Of a stretch of DNA of 64,000 bases, positions 36,787 through 46,170 are shown one piece after another (the stretch's first letter is position 1; every line of letters starts with the position of its first letter). Both the position numbers and the translations under genes were made by a program. Source of the DNA: a bacterium (GTDB taxonomy: Bacteria; Patescibacteriota; Minisyncoccia; UBA6257; GWB1-50-10); contig JAUSKB010000026.1 in NCBI GenBank assembly GCA_030647415.1, positions 10,894 through 74,893 of the forward strand, in the 5' to 3' direction. The notes beneath the pieces were generated by a model. That model was given only the letters and a program-made list of their open reading frames with translations, had not been told where the DNA came from and made no database searches.

Positions 36787-38046
36787 CTAGACAAACGATA
36801 TGATGAGGCCGATGCCCGCGGCGGCCATAACGGCGACGGTGAGCCACCCCGCAACGAGGGTTCCTCGCCGCTCCCGGTACTTGCCCAGCACGTCCGCGCG
36901 CCGCGCGACAAGGAGAATGAGCACAAGGAGCGGCGGCGCCAAAAGCCCGTTCAGCGCCGCGGCGTAGTAGAGGAGCTTGAAGGGTGGAATGGACAGAAAG
37001 TTCAGGAAGAGCCCGATGAGCGTCGCCGCTCCAAGTACGCCGTAGAAACCGCGGGCGCGGCGGAATTTGAGGGAGAGCCCCTCGCGCCACCCTGCCGCCT
37101 CCGCGACCGCGTAGGAGGCGGACCCGGCGAGGACCGGCACGCCCAAGAGGCCGGCGCCCACGATGCCGAGCGCGAAGAGCGCGGCGGTAAACGGTCCCGC
37201 GAGGGGCACGAGTGCCTGCGCCGCCTGGTCCGCGGTCTCGATGTTGGTGATGCCGTTCGCATGGAGCGTCGCGGCGGCCGTCACCATGATGAACCAGGCA
37301 ATGAGATTTGAGAGGAACATGCCAATCACCGTGTCGCGTCGCATGGCGCGCACCGCCCGACCGGTCACCGTGGGCGTTCCTTCACCCATCGCGTGCAATC
37401 GGTGATGCGCCACCTCCTCCTCCACCTCCTCATCCGCCTGCCAAAAGAAGAGGTAGGGCGAGATGGTCGTGCCGAGGAAGGCGACGAGCGCTAAGAGGTA
37501 CCCGGATGAAAATTCAACCTTCGGTACTATGGTCGCGAGGAGGAGCGCCCCCCAATCCGCACCGACGATGAACGCGGTCGCGACGTATGCGAGAAATGCG
37601 AGCGTGAGCCACTTCAGAATTTTCGCGTACTGCCGGTACGGTATGAGCACCTCAAGCGCGAGGATGCCAAGCGTGAATGCGATGAGGAGAACCGGAACGG
37701 GGAGCGGAAGCACCAACCCGGCGGCGGCAGCCATCGCGCCGAGGTCGGCGCCGATGTTCACCACGTTCGCGACGACGAGGAGCGTGACCGCGCCCCAGAG
37801 CACCCGGCGGCCGTAGTGCGCCTTCACCACCGCGGCGATGCCCCTGCCCGAGACGAGCCCGATTCGCCCACAAATCTCCTGTACCACCGCCATGAGCGGA
37901 AAGGTGAAGAGGGGCGCCCACAGCTGGCCCGTGCCGAAGGCGGCGCCGACCTGCGTGTAGGTCGCGATGCCCGACGAGTCGTTGTCGGACATGCCGGTCA
38001 CGAACCCGGGCCCGAGCCGCCGCCAGAATCTTCGGAGCGCACCCAT
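36787..38046 (-). CDS. NRAMP-like divalent metal transporter
   Basis: LGPGFVTGMSDNDSSGIATY, GTTISPYLFFWQ, multiple TMs. Confidence 0.9.
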   Translation of the reverse strand: MGALRRFWRRLGPGFVTGMSDNDSSGIATYTQVGAAFGTGQLWAPLFTFPLMAVVQEICGRIGLVSGRGIAAVVKAHYGRRVLWGAVTLLVVANVVNIGADLGAMAAAAGLVLPLPVPVLLIAFTLGILALEVLIPYRQYAKILKWLTLAFLAYVATAFIVGADWGALLLATIVPKVEFSSGYLLALVAFLGTTISPYLFFWQADEEVEEEVAHHRLHAMGEGTPTVTGRAVRAMRRDTVIGMFLSNLIAWFIMVTAAATLHANGITNIETADQAAQALVPLAGPFTAALFALGIVGAGLLGVPVLAGSASYAVAEAAGWREGLSLKFRRARGFYGVLGAATLIGLFLNFLSIPPFKLLYYAAALNGLLAPPLLVLILLVARRADVLGKYRERRGTLVAGWLTVAVMAAAGIGLIISFV

Positions 38047-38057
38047 ATGATAGTCAG

Positions 38058-38186
38058 TTTACCCTGTTAGAAATTTACACGCTAACGTACATCTACCTAC
38101 CCATGTGTAGCAATAACGCACCATTTCAAGCATCAGGCCTGCATGTCCGGTAGGCGGGTGTGTATGTAAATTTCTAACATGGTAAA
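38058..38186. mobile_element. MITE-like element with CCCTGTTAGA...TCTAAC termini, copy A
   Basis: 22-bp terminal inverted repeat with one mismatch. Confidence 0.65.
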
Positions 38187-38224
38187 TAAACAACGCGCGG
38201 GTTCTCCGCGCGTCGACCGATCTA

Positions 38225-38560
38225 CTAGCGCCCCGCAGGAAACGATGTCCGATCCCCGGATGCGACGGTAAAAAAGAGCTCCCCAAAGAAGGCCGGCTCC
38301 CAAAATCGCCCGTCTGGGAAATGCGCGTTCCCGAACGCAACCGCATCTACTCGCTCGACAAAATAATACCCGTTGAGGCCTTCTGACATTTCAGTTGTAC
38401 CAAACCGGAACCCCCATGCGTTCGCCTTCGCCGACGTCAAAATGCCGAGCCGCTCGAGATGCGCACAGCTCCTTTGAAAATGCCTCCATTCCAGCGAACC
38501 CTCTGGGGTCGCTGTTGCCTCCACAAACTGATCGTGAAGGGTGCCCCACCCTATGGTCAT
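38225..38560 (-). CDS. Hypothetical protein, tandem paralog
   Basis: SD GGAGG; alignable to 38625..38918. Confidence 0.75.
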   Translation of the reverse strand: MTIGWGTLHDQFVEATATPEGSLEWRHFQRSCAHLERLGILTSAKANAWGFRFGTTEMSEGLNGYYFVERVDAVAFGNAHFPDGRFWEPAFFGELFFTVASGDRTSFPAGR

Positions 38561-38624
38561 ACTATCCTCCTAGAATAACTGGTACCATCCTACTGTCGTG
38601 GTAGACGCCTGTTAATAAAAATAT

Positions 38625-38918
38625 TTAGAGCTCTCCAAATTGATGGAGCATCCAGAATCCACCAAAACACAGCTTTCCAAAGAGCGCCGCATCGTCCCGC
38701 CTCACGAAGTAGAAGTCGTCGAGACCTCTCGCCACTTTCTCATCACGGAAAAAGGATTCAAACCCCCATGAACCTTCTTTCTCGCGTGTCAGTACCCCGA
38801 GCTGTTCGAGTTGTTTACAATTCTCAAAAAATACTTGGCACTCCGGAGCTTCCCCTTGCCTACCATATGCTGTAAAGTACTGATCACCAAGTAGTTTCCA
38901 GTCCCTCTCGGTTACCAT
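38625..38918 (-). CDS. Hypothetical protein, tandem paralog
   Basis: Shared CxxLExLGxLT, WGF, GL..xYFVxRxDAxxFG, FGEL. Confidence 0.75.
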   Translation of the reverse strand: MVTERDWKLLGDQYFTAYGRQGEAPECQVFFENCKQLEQLGVLTREKEGSWGFESFFRDEKVARGLDDFYFVRRDDAALFGKLCFGGFWMLHQFGEL

Positions 38919-39028
38919 AGTGTCCCCATATATTGTGAAAGATATTGTGACACTACTCGCCTTCGCTGGTTCGGTCAACAGTACCCGATCCCGTTTACAT
39001 TTCGGGGCTCATCGGGTAGCATGGGTTC

Positions 39029-39529
39029 ATTCAGTATCGGATCAACAACTACATCACCGCACCGGAGGTCCGGGTGGTCGGCGCCGACAATGAGAGCTTG
39101 GGCGTCCTCCCGATCGCGGAAGCTCTCCAGCTCGCCCGGGACCAGGGTCTGGACCTCATTGAGGTCGCCCCGAACGCTAAGCCGCCCGTCGCCCGGATTA
39201 TCGCCTACGATAAGTTCCGGTACCAAAAGGAGAAGGAGTTCAAGAAGCAGCGGCTTGCCCAGCGTGTGAAAGACCTGAAGCAGGTCCGCATCACGGTGCG
39301 AATGGGAAAGAATGACCTTGAGGTCCGGCTGAAGAAGGTTGAGGAGTTCCTCACCAACGGGCACCGCGTCGAGATCATGATCGCGCTCCGCGGGCGCGAG
39401 AAGGGAAATAAGGAGTGGGGCTTGCAGAAACTCGCCGCCTTCCGTACACTCATCAAGACTCCATTCACGGTGGTGATGCCGCCGCGGTGGGGCGGCCGGG
39501 GGTTCATCACCCAGATAGCTAAAAAATAA
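39029..39529 (+). CDS. infC: Translation initiation factor IF-3 (ATT start)
   Basis: YRINNYITAPEVRVV, LDLIEVAPNAKPPVARI; in-frame ATT at 39029 downstream of an in-frame stop at 39017. Confidence 0.93.
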   Translation: MQYRINNYITAPEVRVVGADNESLGVLPIAEALQLARDQGLDLIEVAPNAKPPVARIIAYDKFRYQKEKEFKKQRLAQRVKDLKQVRITVRMGKNDLEVRLKKVEEFLTNGHRVEIMIALRGREKGNKEWGLQKLAAFRTLIKTPFTVVMPPRWGGRGFITQIAKK

Positions 39530-39708
39530 TGCAAAAAAGCTACTCAACTCGCCTGAAGATTACCGGCCGCGGCAAGATTCGCCGCCGGTCGACCACGCTC
39601 GGACATTCCCGGATGAACAAGACGGGCGCCCAGATTCGACATAAGCGGCGGCTCCGGAAGCTCGCCGGCATCCACCGCGAGGAACTCTCCAGGAATCTCA
39701 CAAATTAA
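39529..39708 (+). CDS. rpmI: 50S ribosomal protein L35 (absent from the ORF track)
   Basis: MQKSYSTRLKITGRGKIRRR...GHSRMNK, 59 aa, between infC and rplT. Confidence 0.9.
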   Translation: MQKSYSTRLKITGRGKIRRRSTTLGHSRMNKTGAQIRHKRRLRKLAGIHREELSRNLTN

Positions 39709-39717
39709 CGAATACGT

Positions 39718-40062
39718 ATGACCCGAGTCAAACGAGGTACGAGTGCCACTAAAAAACGCCGTAGCGTCCTGAAACAGGCGAAGGGGTTCCGTTGGGGCAG
39801 GAAGTCAAAGGAACGCGCCGCAAAGGAGGCGCTCCTCCACTCACAGTCCCGCGCCTTCAAGGGGCGGAAGGAGAAGAAGCGCGTCTACCGCGCGCTCTGG
39901 AACGTCCGCTTGAACGCCGCAGTCCGCGAGCACGGCATGACGTACAGCACCTTTATTGCCGCGCTGAAGAAAAAAGGGGTGAAGCTCGACCGGAAGGTGC
40001 TCTCCGAGCTCGCCGTGAAACATCCGGACATATTCAAGCGCATCGTCGAATTCGTCCGCTAG
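39718..40062 (+). CDS. rplT: 50S ribosomal protein L20
   Basis: MTRVKRG...AKGFRWGR...LDRKVLSELA. Confidence 0.97.
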   Translation: MTRVKRGTSATKKRRSVLKQAKGFRWGRKSKERAAKEALLHSQSRAFKGRKEKKRVYRALWNVRLNAAVREHGMTYSTFIAALKKKGVKLDRKVLSELAVKHPDIFKRIVEFVR

Positions 40063-40093
40063 CAAATCGAGAACCTCCCACCCGGGAGGTTTT

Positions 40094-40456
40094 TTAGTCA
40101 CTCTCCAGAAGCTTATACCCGAACCGCTTGAGATCGATTTTCCCCTGCTCTATTTTCACACCTTCCCGCTTCAGCATCTTGATCTTCCGTTTGGTCCCGC
40201 GCGCGAACCCGCCCACCATTCCGTCCGACCGGACGACGCGATGGCACGGAACTGTGCGGGCGCCTGCCCTGAGCGGAGCCGAAGGGAACGGGTTCCGGTT
40301 CATCGCGTTCCCCACGGCGCGGGAGGCGCCGGGCCGCCCGACCGCCCGGGCGAGCGCGGCATAGGTCGTCACCTTCCCACGAGGAACACGGCGAAGCACC
40401 TGGTAGACCCGGGCAGTGAAGGTCGGCGCGAAATTGCTGCGGTGGTAAATATTCAT
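40094..40456 (-). CDS. ogt: O6-methylguanine-DNA methyltransferase (MGMT family)
   Basis: VPRGKVTTY, RAVGNA, VPCHRVV. Confidence 0.88.
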   Translation of the reverse strand: MNIYHRSNFAPTFTARVYQVLRRVPRGKVTTYAALARAVGRPGASRAVGNAMNRNPFPSAPLRAGARTVPCHRVVRSDGMVGGFARGTKRKIKMLKREGVKIEQGKIDLKRFGYKLLESD

Positions 40457-40464
40457 GAATTTAC

Positions 40465-40502
40465 AGAGGCGAGACCTCAGGGCTCCCCGAGGTCTCGCCT
40501 CT
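40465..40502. repeat. REP-like palindrome GAGGCGAGACCTC-N10-GAGGTCTCGCCTC
   Basis: Other copies at 41114-41155 and 56287-56322. Confidence 0.85.
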
Positions 40503-40545
40503 ATCGGCTTTCGGTTTGAATCCCCAAGGTTTCACCTCGGGAAGC

Positions 40546-41079
40546 TCAGGGGCGGATTGGCGGCGGCCGATACCTATGATGCACCCGATTCCCGTGTGCC
40601 GCTTTCGGTCCGACCTGCCCCCCGCGGCTCAGCGGGACGGGGCTCACCAGCTCGTACGCCCGCTTCAGGTTCCGCTTGAGATTCGGAGCCACGAGCATCC
40701 GGAGCGCGTCACGGTACAGAAACCAGCCGTACCCTTCGTGGGGCTCGCCGGGCGCGTCGTCGCCCCGTGCGGGGAGAGTGATGGCGATCTTCTTCGTCTC
40801 GGCGAGATAATAGGTAATGGTCTTGAAGATACGCTCGCGATCTCGGGTGAACACAAACTGGTCACGAATCTTGAAGTGGTGTTTGAACCGAAGGTCTCCC
40901 TCCGCAATGCCGGTCTCCTCCTCAACCTCCCGGAGCGCCGCCTTGAAGTTGGACTCGCCGTCTAGCTTCCCCTTCGGGAAGCTCCAATTCCGGCCGCCGT
41001 GATACGTAAGGAGAAATTTCGGTCCGTCCGACGTCTGCCGGTAGATGATCATGCCTGCTGATATTTCTCGGGATACCAT
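40546..41079 (-). CDS. NUDIX hydrolase (Ap4A hydrolase-like)
   Basis: SAGMII, WSFPKG...AALREVEEETG. Confidence 0.88.
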   Translation of the reverse strand: MVSREISAGMIIYRQTSDGPKFLLTYHGGRNWSFPKGKLDGESNFKAALREVEEETGIAEGDLRFKHHFKIRDQFVFTRDRERIFKTITYYLAETKKIAITLPARGDDAPGEPHEGYGWFLYRDALRMLVAPNLKRNLKRAYELVSPVPLSRGGQVGPKAAHGNRVHHRYRPPPIRP

Positions 41080-41113
41080 GAAAGGTTTGGTGTGGGGCAA
41101 TAATACCACGAAA

Positions 41114-41155
41114 CCAGAGGCGAGACCTCGGGGAACCTTGAGGTCTCGCCTCTGG
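41114..41155. repeat. REP-like palindrome
   Basis: CCAGAGGCGAGACCTC-GGGGAACCTT-GAGGTCTCGCCTCTGG. Confidence 0.85.
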
Positions 41156-41175
41156 GGAATCATCCGGGCATTTCT

Positions 41176-41853
41176 CTATCGGTGCCCACCCGGCAAATGC
41201 GGTCCACCGGTCGGCGGCGGGGTAGCGGGAACGGCGGTCGGTGCGGGAAACAAGACACGCGGCACCGTGAGAAGGAGGAACGCCGACCCAAACGAGAGCC
41301 CGCCCGCGACAAGGTAGAGGGCGGTGAAACCGAGGAGCTGGGCAATCGCACCCCCAATGAACGCGGAGGCACCAGAAACCAGGGCGACACCGGTCCCGTC
41401 GAGCGCCCAATCGAACGCGCCCGACCCTTTGTCGAGGTGGCGCGAAAAGATGGCATACCATGCCGGCGAGTAGAACCCGAAGGCAACGCCCTGGACCAGC
41501 GCGACCGCAAAGAGCCCCACAGGGGTCGTGATGGTGAGGTAGGCGAGCGCCGAGACGCCGCCGAGTATGAGGCCGAAAATGAGCGCGTGAAAGTCATCGC
41601 GTTCCCCGTTATGCCGGTCGATATAGACCGCGACCGGCATCTGAACCGCGGCGCGCGTCGCCCAGTAGATGGCGACGGCGACGCCGACCGTGATTGCATC
41701 CGCTCCCACAATGCGGTCGAGAACAAAGAGCGCGAAGATTGGACCCACGAGCCCCCAACCGCCCCAAAAGAGGAGGTCACCCACGACGAACGCCCGGACG
41801 ATCCGGTTCACCGTCGGAAACTTCAAACGAATGTGGATGCTGCCGAGATCCAT
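41176..41853 (-). CDS. Half-size MFS transporter
   Basis: About 6 TMs, GLVGPIFALFV, PAWYAIFSRHLD. Confidence 0.75.
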   Translation of the reverse strand: MDLGSIHIRLKFPTVNRIVRAFVVGDLLFWGGWGLVGPIFALFVLDRIVGADAITVGVAVAIYWATRAAVQMPVAVYIDRHNGERDDFHALIFGLILGGVSALAYLTITTPVGLFAVALVQGVAFGFYSPAWYAIFSRHLDKGSGAFDWALDGTGVALVSGASAFIGGAIAQLLGFTALYLVAGGLSFGSAFLLLTVPRVLFPAPTAVPATPPPTGGPHLPGGHR

Positions 41854-41858
41854 GGTAG

Positions 41859-44378
41859 TTATGCGGTTACCGAGAACTGGAAGGTGTCCCCCTCGACGTC
41901 GAGCTCGATTGCGTTCCCCCGGTCGATCTCCTTTCGGAGCAACTTTTCCGCAAGCACGCTCTTCACGCGCTCCGAGATGGTCGCACGGAGCGGCCGGGCG
42001 CCGAACGTGGGGCTCCACCCCAGCTCGGCGAGCCTCCGAATCGCGGCGTCTGTCGCGGCGAGCTCGATGCCGTGCGTCTCGCGGAGCGAATCGGCAACAT
42101 CGCGGATGAGGAACCCGGCGATGGTCGCGATCTCGTCTACGGAGAGGTTCCGAAACACAATGATATCAGAAAAACGGTTCAGGAGCTCGGGCCGGAAGTA
42201 CTCGGTGAGTTTTGACTTCAATTCGTCGGAAATATCCTCGGTCGTTCTGCCTTTTTTGACCTCATCCTGGATGTAGACCGAGTGCGCATTCGAGGTTGCG
42301 ATAATGATGGTATTCGAAAAATCCGCTGTGCGTCCGAGACTGTCGGTGAGCCGACCGTCGTCGAATACCTGGAGAAAGAGGTTCAGGATGTCCGAATGCG
42401 CCTTCTCGAACTCGTCGAGGAGGATGAGGCTGTACGGATCGCGGAGCACCGCGTCGGTTAAAGCTCCGGTCCGCTCGCCGTCCGGCGTGCCGATGAACCG
42501 CTGGATACTCGACTTCTCCTGATACTCGGACATGTCAAACCGGTGCATGAGGTCCTTCGAACCGAACTGTATGGCGGTCAGTATCTTCGCAAGCTCCGTC
42601 TTCCCCACCCCGGTCGGCCCCACGAAGAGGAAGGTGGCGATGGGACCGGACGAGCGCGCGAGCCCGCTCCGGTACTCACGAAGCGCGCGGGCGACCGCCG
42701 TGACCGCCGGCGCCTGGTTCACGAGCTTCCGGTGAATGAGCGCCTCGAGGTTTAGGAGCTTTTCCGTTTCGGCGGTCCCCGCCTGCTGAATGGGAATTTT
42801 GCTCTGTGTCTCCGCAACAGCAATGACCGTTGCCTCGTCGAGCGTCGTGCGTCGCTCGGCGGCTGCCTTCGCGAGCGCGAGCTTCAGAAGGTCTAAGGCA
42901 CTCCCGGGCAGGAGCTTATGCCGGAAGTACCGATGCGCGAGCTGTACCGCACGGCGAGCCGCGTGGAAGGTGATGACAATGCGGTACTCGCGCTCCAAAA
43001 GCAGGGCTGCGTAGACGAGAAATCGGGTGGCTTCGGCTTCCGTAATTTCATCGATGGGCACCGTCTCGAAAAGCTCGAGGAAGTCGGTCCGTTGCTCGAT
43101 ATACTGCTTGAACTCCCGCGGGAAGGTCTCACAGATGACCGGAATCGCCGCACTCCGGAAAACCGGCAGGAGAAGGTCGATGGGGTTCACCGCACCCTTG
43201 CCGGCGAGTCGAAAGAGGTCGTGCACGTTCGGCAGGAAGAGCACGATGTTACCGGCGAGCGCGATTTCCTCGACGACCTTCCCGAGCCGCCCCGCGAGCA
43301 CCTCGGTGGACGCATTCGCGATAAGTTCCGTGAGGTTCACCTCTACAAGCCGCTTGTCAAAAAGCACCGGGGGCACCTGGTCCTTCACCATCCGGAATGC
43401 GAGGTGGGCGATTATCGTGGATTTGCCGGAACCCGGCTCGCCCACCAGGATGGCGTTCGGCTTCCCCGGACGTGCAATGACGTTCAAGAGGGTAGAAAAC
43501 TCACGTTCGTGGCCGATGAGGAGCCCGATCTTCTCTGCTCGAGCGAGGTCGGTGAGATCGGTTGAGTACCGGTCGAGCGCCGGCGTCGGCCGTGCGGTCC
43601 ACGCACGGTTCATCGTTCGGTGCCGGAGAAATTTCGGCTGGTGCGCAAACCCGCTAAGCATTGCCGGCGTCCGGCGAATGGGTCCAAAGAGCTTTCGCCA
43701 GCGGCCGAAAATCGCCGCCTCCTGAATGTCCGGCGCAGTCACCTCGAAGAGTCGAAATAGTTTCCCTACTTGCGGGTGCCCTACCGCGGTCGCGGCCACG
43801 AAGAGGTTCCGCGGTTCAATAAATTGCTCGTTCGTTCCCCGCGCGTTCTCGAATGCGGCGATGACGAGCGCTTCGACGGGGTCGGTGCCGGGCGAATCAG
43901 TCTCTGGCTCGACCCCCTCCCCGTGCCGAAGTTCGGCGCTCCGCTCCATATACTCGGTGAGGCGCGCGAGGAATTCCTCGCGCGGAATGTCGAGCCGGCG
44001 GAGCGCCTCGCGGATATCGGGAATGTCCGAAAGTCCCAAGAGAAGCACTAGGTGAAAATCCTGACCGAACGCCTTCGCTTTTCTGACCGCCGCATTCAAA
44101 GCCCGAAACGCGCGGGGTGTGAGCGACTGCCCGACATTCACCCGGCTCCCCGGCAGGTCGCTCACTGTCCGTTCGGCCTCGCCGAAGTGGAGCAGTCGGT
44201 CGCCGAGAAACAGGACGAACAGCGCTCCCAGCCACTGGAGCTGGCTCACGCGTGAAATGAGGAGGAGCGCGGTCGAGGCGGTAAGCACCGTGTACGCGCA
44301 AATCCCGACGAGTCGGACGAAAAACTCGCCGGGAGCGGTCATGGTAAGTCGGGCGTCGCTGAAGGTGAGCGTTTTCAT
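41859..44378 (-). CDS. ClpA/ClpC-like double AAA+ ATPase with N-terminal TM segments
   Basis: GEPGSGKS, GPTGVGKTELAK, RFDMSEYQ, LLDEFEKAH, FRPELLNR, FGARPL. Confidence 0.9.
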   Translation of the reverse strand: MKTLTFSDARLTMTAPGEFFVRLVGICAYTVLTASTALLLISRVSQLQWLGALFVLFLGDRLLHFGEAERTVSDLPGSRVNVGQSLTPRAFRALNAAVRKAKAFGQDFHLVLLLGLSDIPDIREALRRLDIPREEFLARLTEYMERSAELRHGEGVEPETDSPGTDPVEALVIAAFENARGTNEQFIEPRNLFVAATAVGHPQVGKLFRLFEVTAPDIQEAAIFGRWRKLFGPIRRTPAMLSGFAHQPKFLRHRTMNRAWTARPTPALDRYSTDLTDLARAEKIGLLIGHEREFSTLLNVIARPGKPNAILVGEPGSGKSTIIAHLAFRMVKDQVPPVLFDKRLVEVNLTELIANASTEVLAGRLGKVVEEIALAGNIVLFLPNVHDLFRLAGKGAVNPIDLLLPVFRSAAIPVICETFPREFKQYIEQRTDFLELFETVPIDEITEAEATRFLVYAALLLEREYRIVITFHAARRAVQLAHRYFRHKLLPGSALDLLKLALAKAAAERRTTLDEATVIAVAETQSKIPIQQAGTAETEKLLNLEALIHRKLVNQAPAVTAVARALREYRSGLARSSGPIATFLFVGPTGVGKTELAKILTAIQFGSKDLMHRFDMSEYQEKSSIQRFIGTPDGERTGALTDAVLRDPYSLILLDEFEKAHSDILNLFLQVFDDGRLTDSLGRTADFSNTIIIATSNAHSVYIQDEVKKGRTTEDISDELKSKLTEYFRPELLNRFSDIIVFRNLSVDEIATIAGFLIRDVADSLRETHGIELAATDAAIRRLAELGWSPTFGARPLRATISERVKSVLAEKLLRKEIDRGNAIELDVEGDTFQFSVTA

Positions 44379-44387
44379 TTTCACCGG

Positions 44388-44732
44388 TCAGCCAGCGAAC
44401 GCGAGGAAAAGGAGGGTGGGCGGGATGCCGAGCCATACCGCGTACACTACGACCGCGATGGAAAGTAGTACGGCATACACGGCGGTCGCGGCGGCGAGGC
44501 GGCCGATACGGAACAGAAAGCCGAGAACATACCCGATAACCGAGTAGTCCTTGTAGAGCGGTTGAAAGAGGTTTTGGAGCGTTACCCGCCAGGCGAGTGT
44601 GTGGTCCAGGGCCTGGAGCCGATTTACCACGCCGTTCCAGTAGATGCGCATGCTGTGCACGTACCAGTGCCGGAGGAACTCACCGACATGGAACGCGGCG
44701 TGCCGGACGACGTATACTACGGCGGAATTCAT
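44388..44732 (-). CDS. Hypothetical membrane protein upstream of Clp ATPase
   Basis: FLRHWY, NLFQPLYKDY, C-terminal TMs. Confidence 0.75.
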   Translation of the reverse strand: MNSAVVYVVRHAAFHVGEFLRHWYVHSMRIYWNGVVNRLQALDHTLAWRVTLQNLFQPLYKDYSVIGYVLGFLFRIGRLAAATAVYAVLLSIAVVVYAVWLGIPPTLLFLAFAG

Positions 44733-44834
44733 CCCGTTAGAAATGTGATATTGGTAGATACGCCGACAACGTATCTGCTTCGTGGGTTCGTGGGTTAATG
44801 GACATTAGATTCAAAGCAAAATTTCTAACGGGAT
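44731..44834. mobile_element. MITE-like element, copy B
   Basis: ATCCCGTTAGAAAT...ATTTCTAACGGGAT. Confidence 0.65.
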
Positions 44835-44921
44835 TCATTGCTTTCATTATAGAGAAAAGATAAACAATAAACGACAAACAAAAAACGTCCCGGCTACTGC
44901 CAGGACGTCACACCATGAATT

Positions 44922-45023
44922 TCACCGAAACCATCCACATACGTAGGTGAGCATCCCTATTACGAATACCACCCACCACCATCGCACCACCATGGTCATC
45001 ATAGACTCTCCGATTCGAATCAT
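44922..45023 (-). CDS. Putative 33-aa membrane peptide
   Basis: SD GGAGG; MIRIGESMMTMVVRWWWVVFVIGMLTYVCGWFR. Confidence 0.45.
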   Translation of the reverse strand: MIRIGESMMTMVVRWWWVVFVIGMLTYVCGWFR

Positions 45024-45033
45024 AAGACCTCCG

Positions 45034-45411
45034 TTAATATGGGGAGAATCGTTCCCACAAAAGAAAAATGCGAATGACGACTCCCCACGCCACCGTCACG
45101 AAAATCGGGGTAAGCACTATCCGCACGGGCGAAGCATCCGGTTGTAGGAAAAACGACGCTACCCAGCCTCCCGCAACCCAAACGCCGAAAACAATTAACA
45201 CCTCCAACGCGCGAGACGGGCCGAACTTCCGGCGATTGAAGAGAGGGAGTAGTCCCTCCCATAACATGAGTGGCCACGAGACCAGACACAGCAGAAAACC
45301 GATACCATCCCCGAAGTAGCACGGGAAATTGAACCGGGGCGCAATCAATATGCCCCTGCCCGAAATGAAAAATACCGTGAGCACGGCGGCAACACAGCCG
45401 ACTGTTTCCAT
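45034..45411 (-). CDS. Hypothetical membrane protein
   Basis: SD AGGAGG; about 4 hydrophobic segments. Confidence 0.7.
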   Translation of the reverse strand: METVGCVAAVLTVFFISGRGILIAPRFNFPCYFGDGIGFLLCLVSWPLMLWEGLLPLFNRRKFGPSRALEVLIVFGVWVAGGWVASFFLQPDASPVRIVLTPIFVTVAWGVVIRIFLLWERFSPY

Positions 45412-45549
45412 ATATACCTCCTAAAAAGTTGTACTGCCCTCCTTATACGGCACGCCACACGAATATGCAAATGCTAGTGGTGGGTTGAGTGTCTGCGGAA
45501 GTCGGACTCCCCCACGTAAGTCCGACTTCCCAAATATTGAATTCGTGGG

Positions 45550-46170
45550 CTAGAGGAGTGACTTCTGTCCGGTTTCCGGAGCGGGCGTCGCATCCGGCAC
45601 CGAGGCAAGGTCGAGCGATCGGCACTTCTCCACCGCCTTCGGGAGCCGCCCAAATGCTTCGACGAGCGATTGCATCGCTCCGGTGCCCCGGAGGGCCGCC
45701 GCAGGGTGAAGGAGGGGGAAGATGAGGCGGTCCCCCGCCCGGAAGAGCTTCCCCTGGTCGCGCGTGATCTTCGCCTCCGGCAGGAAGTAGTTCATGGAGA
45801 AGCGACCTAAGGGTGCGATGAGCACGGGGTGGAGTATCTCGATTTGGCGCGCGAGGTACGGCCGGTAGGCCTCGATCTCCTCCGGCAGCGGGTCACGGTT
45901 CAAAGGCGGCCGGCGCTTCACGATGTTCGTGATATACACCTCCTCGCGCTGCCACCCGATGGAAACGATGAGCTTGTCGAGCAACTGCCCTGCGCGGCCG
46001 ACGAACGGGCGGCCGAGCTCGTCCTCGCGCTGCCCCGGCGCCTCGCCGATAAAAAGCACCGCCGCGTCCGGGTCCCCCTCGCCGAAAACGAGGTTGGCGG
46101 GGTGGAGGGGGAGCGCTTTGTCCTGCCGCATCTCCTCCTCGAGCGCTTTCAATGCCTCACGCTTGTCCAT
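45550..46170 (-). CDS. Uracil-DNA glycosylase (family 4-like)
   Basis: FIGEAPG, PFVGRAG, YITN, NRDP, HPAA; Fe-S cysteines apparently absent. Confidence 0.9.
   Translation of the reverse strand: MDKREALKALEEEMRQDKALPLHPANLVFGEGDPDAAVLFIGEAPGQREDELGRPFVGRAGQLLDKLIVSIGWQREEVYITNIVKRRPPLNRDPLPEEIEAYRPYLARQIEILHPVLIAPLGRFSMNYFLPEAKITRDQGKLFRAGDRLIFPLLHPAAALRGTGAMQSLVEAFGRLPKAVEKCRSLDLASVPDATPAPETGQKSLL

Noticed and set aside
41182-42276. Long antisense ORFs (e.g. 41182..42276, 53342..54505, 24243..25151, 48221..49105)
   Set aside because: Shadow frames of GC-rich genuine genes
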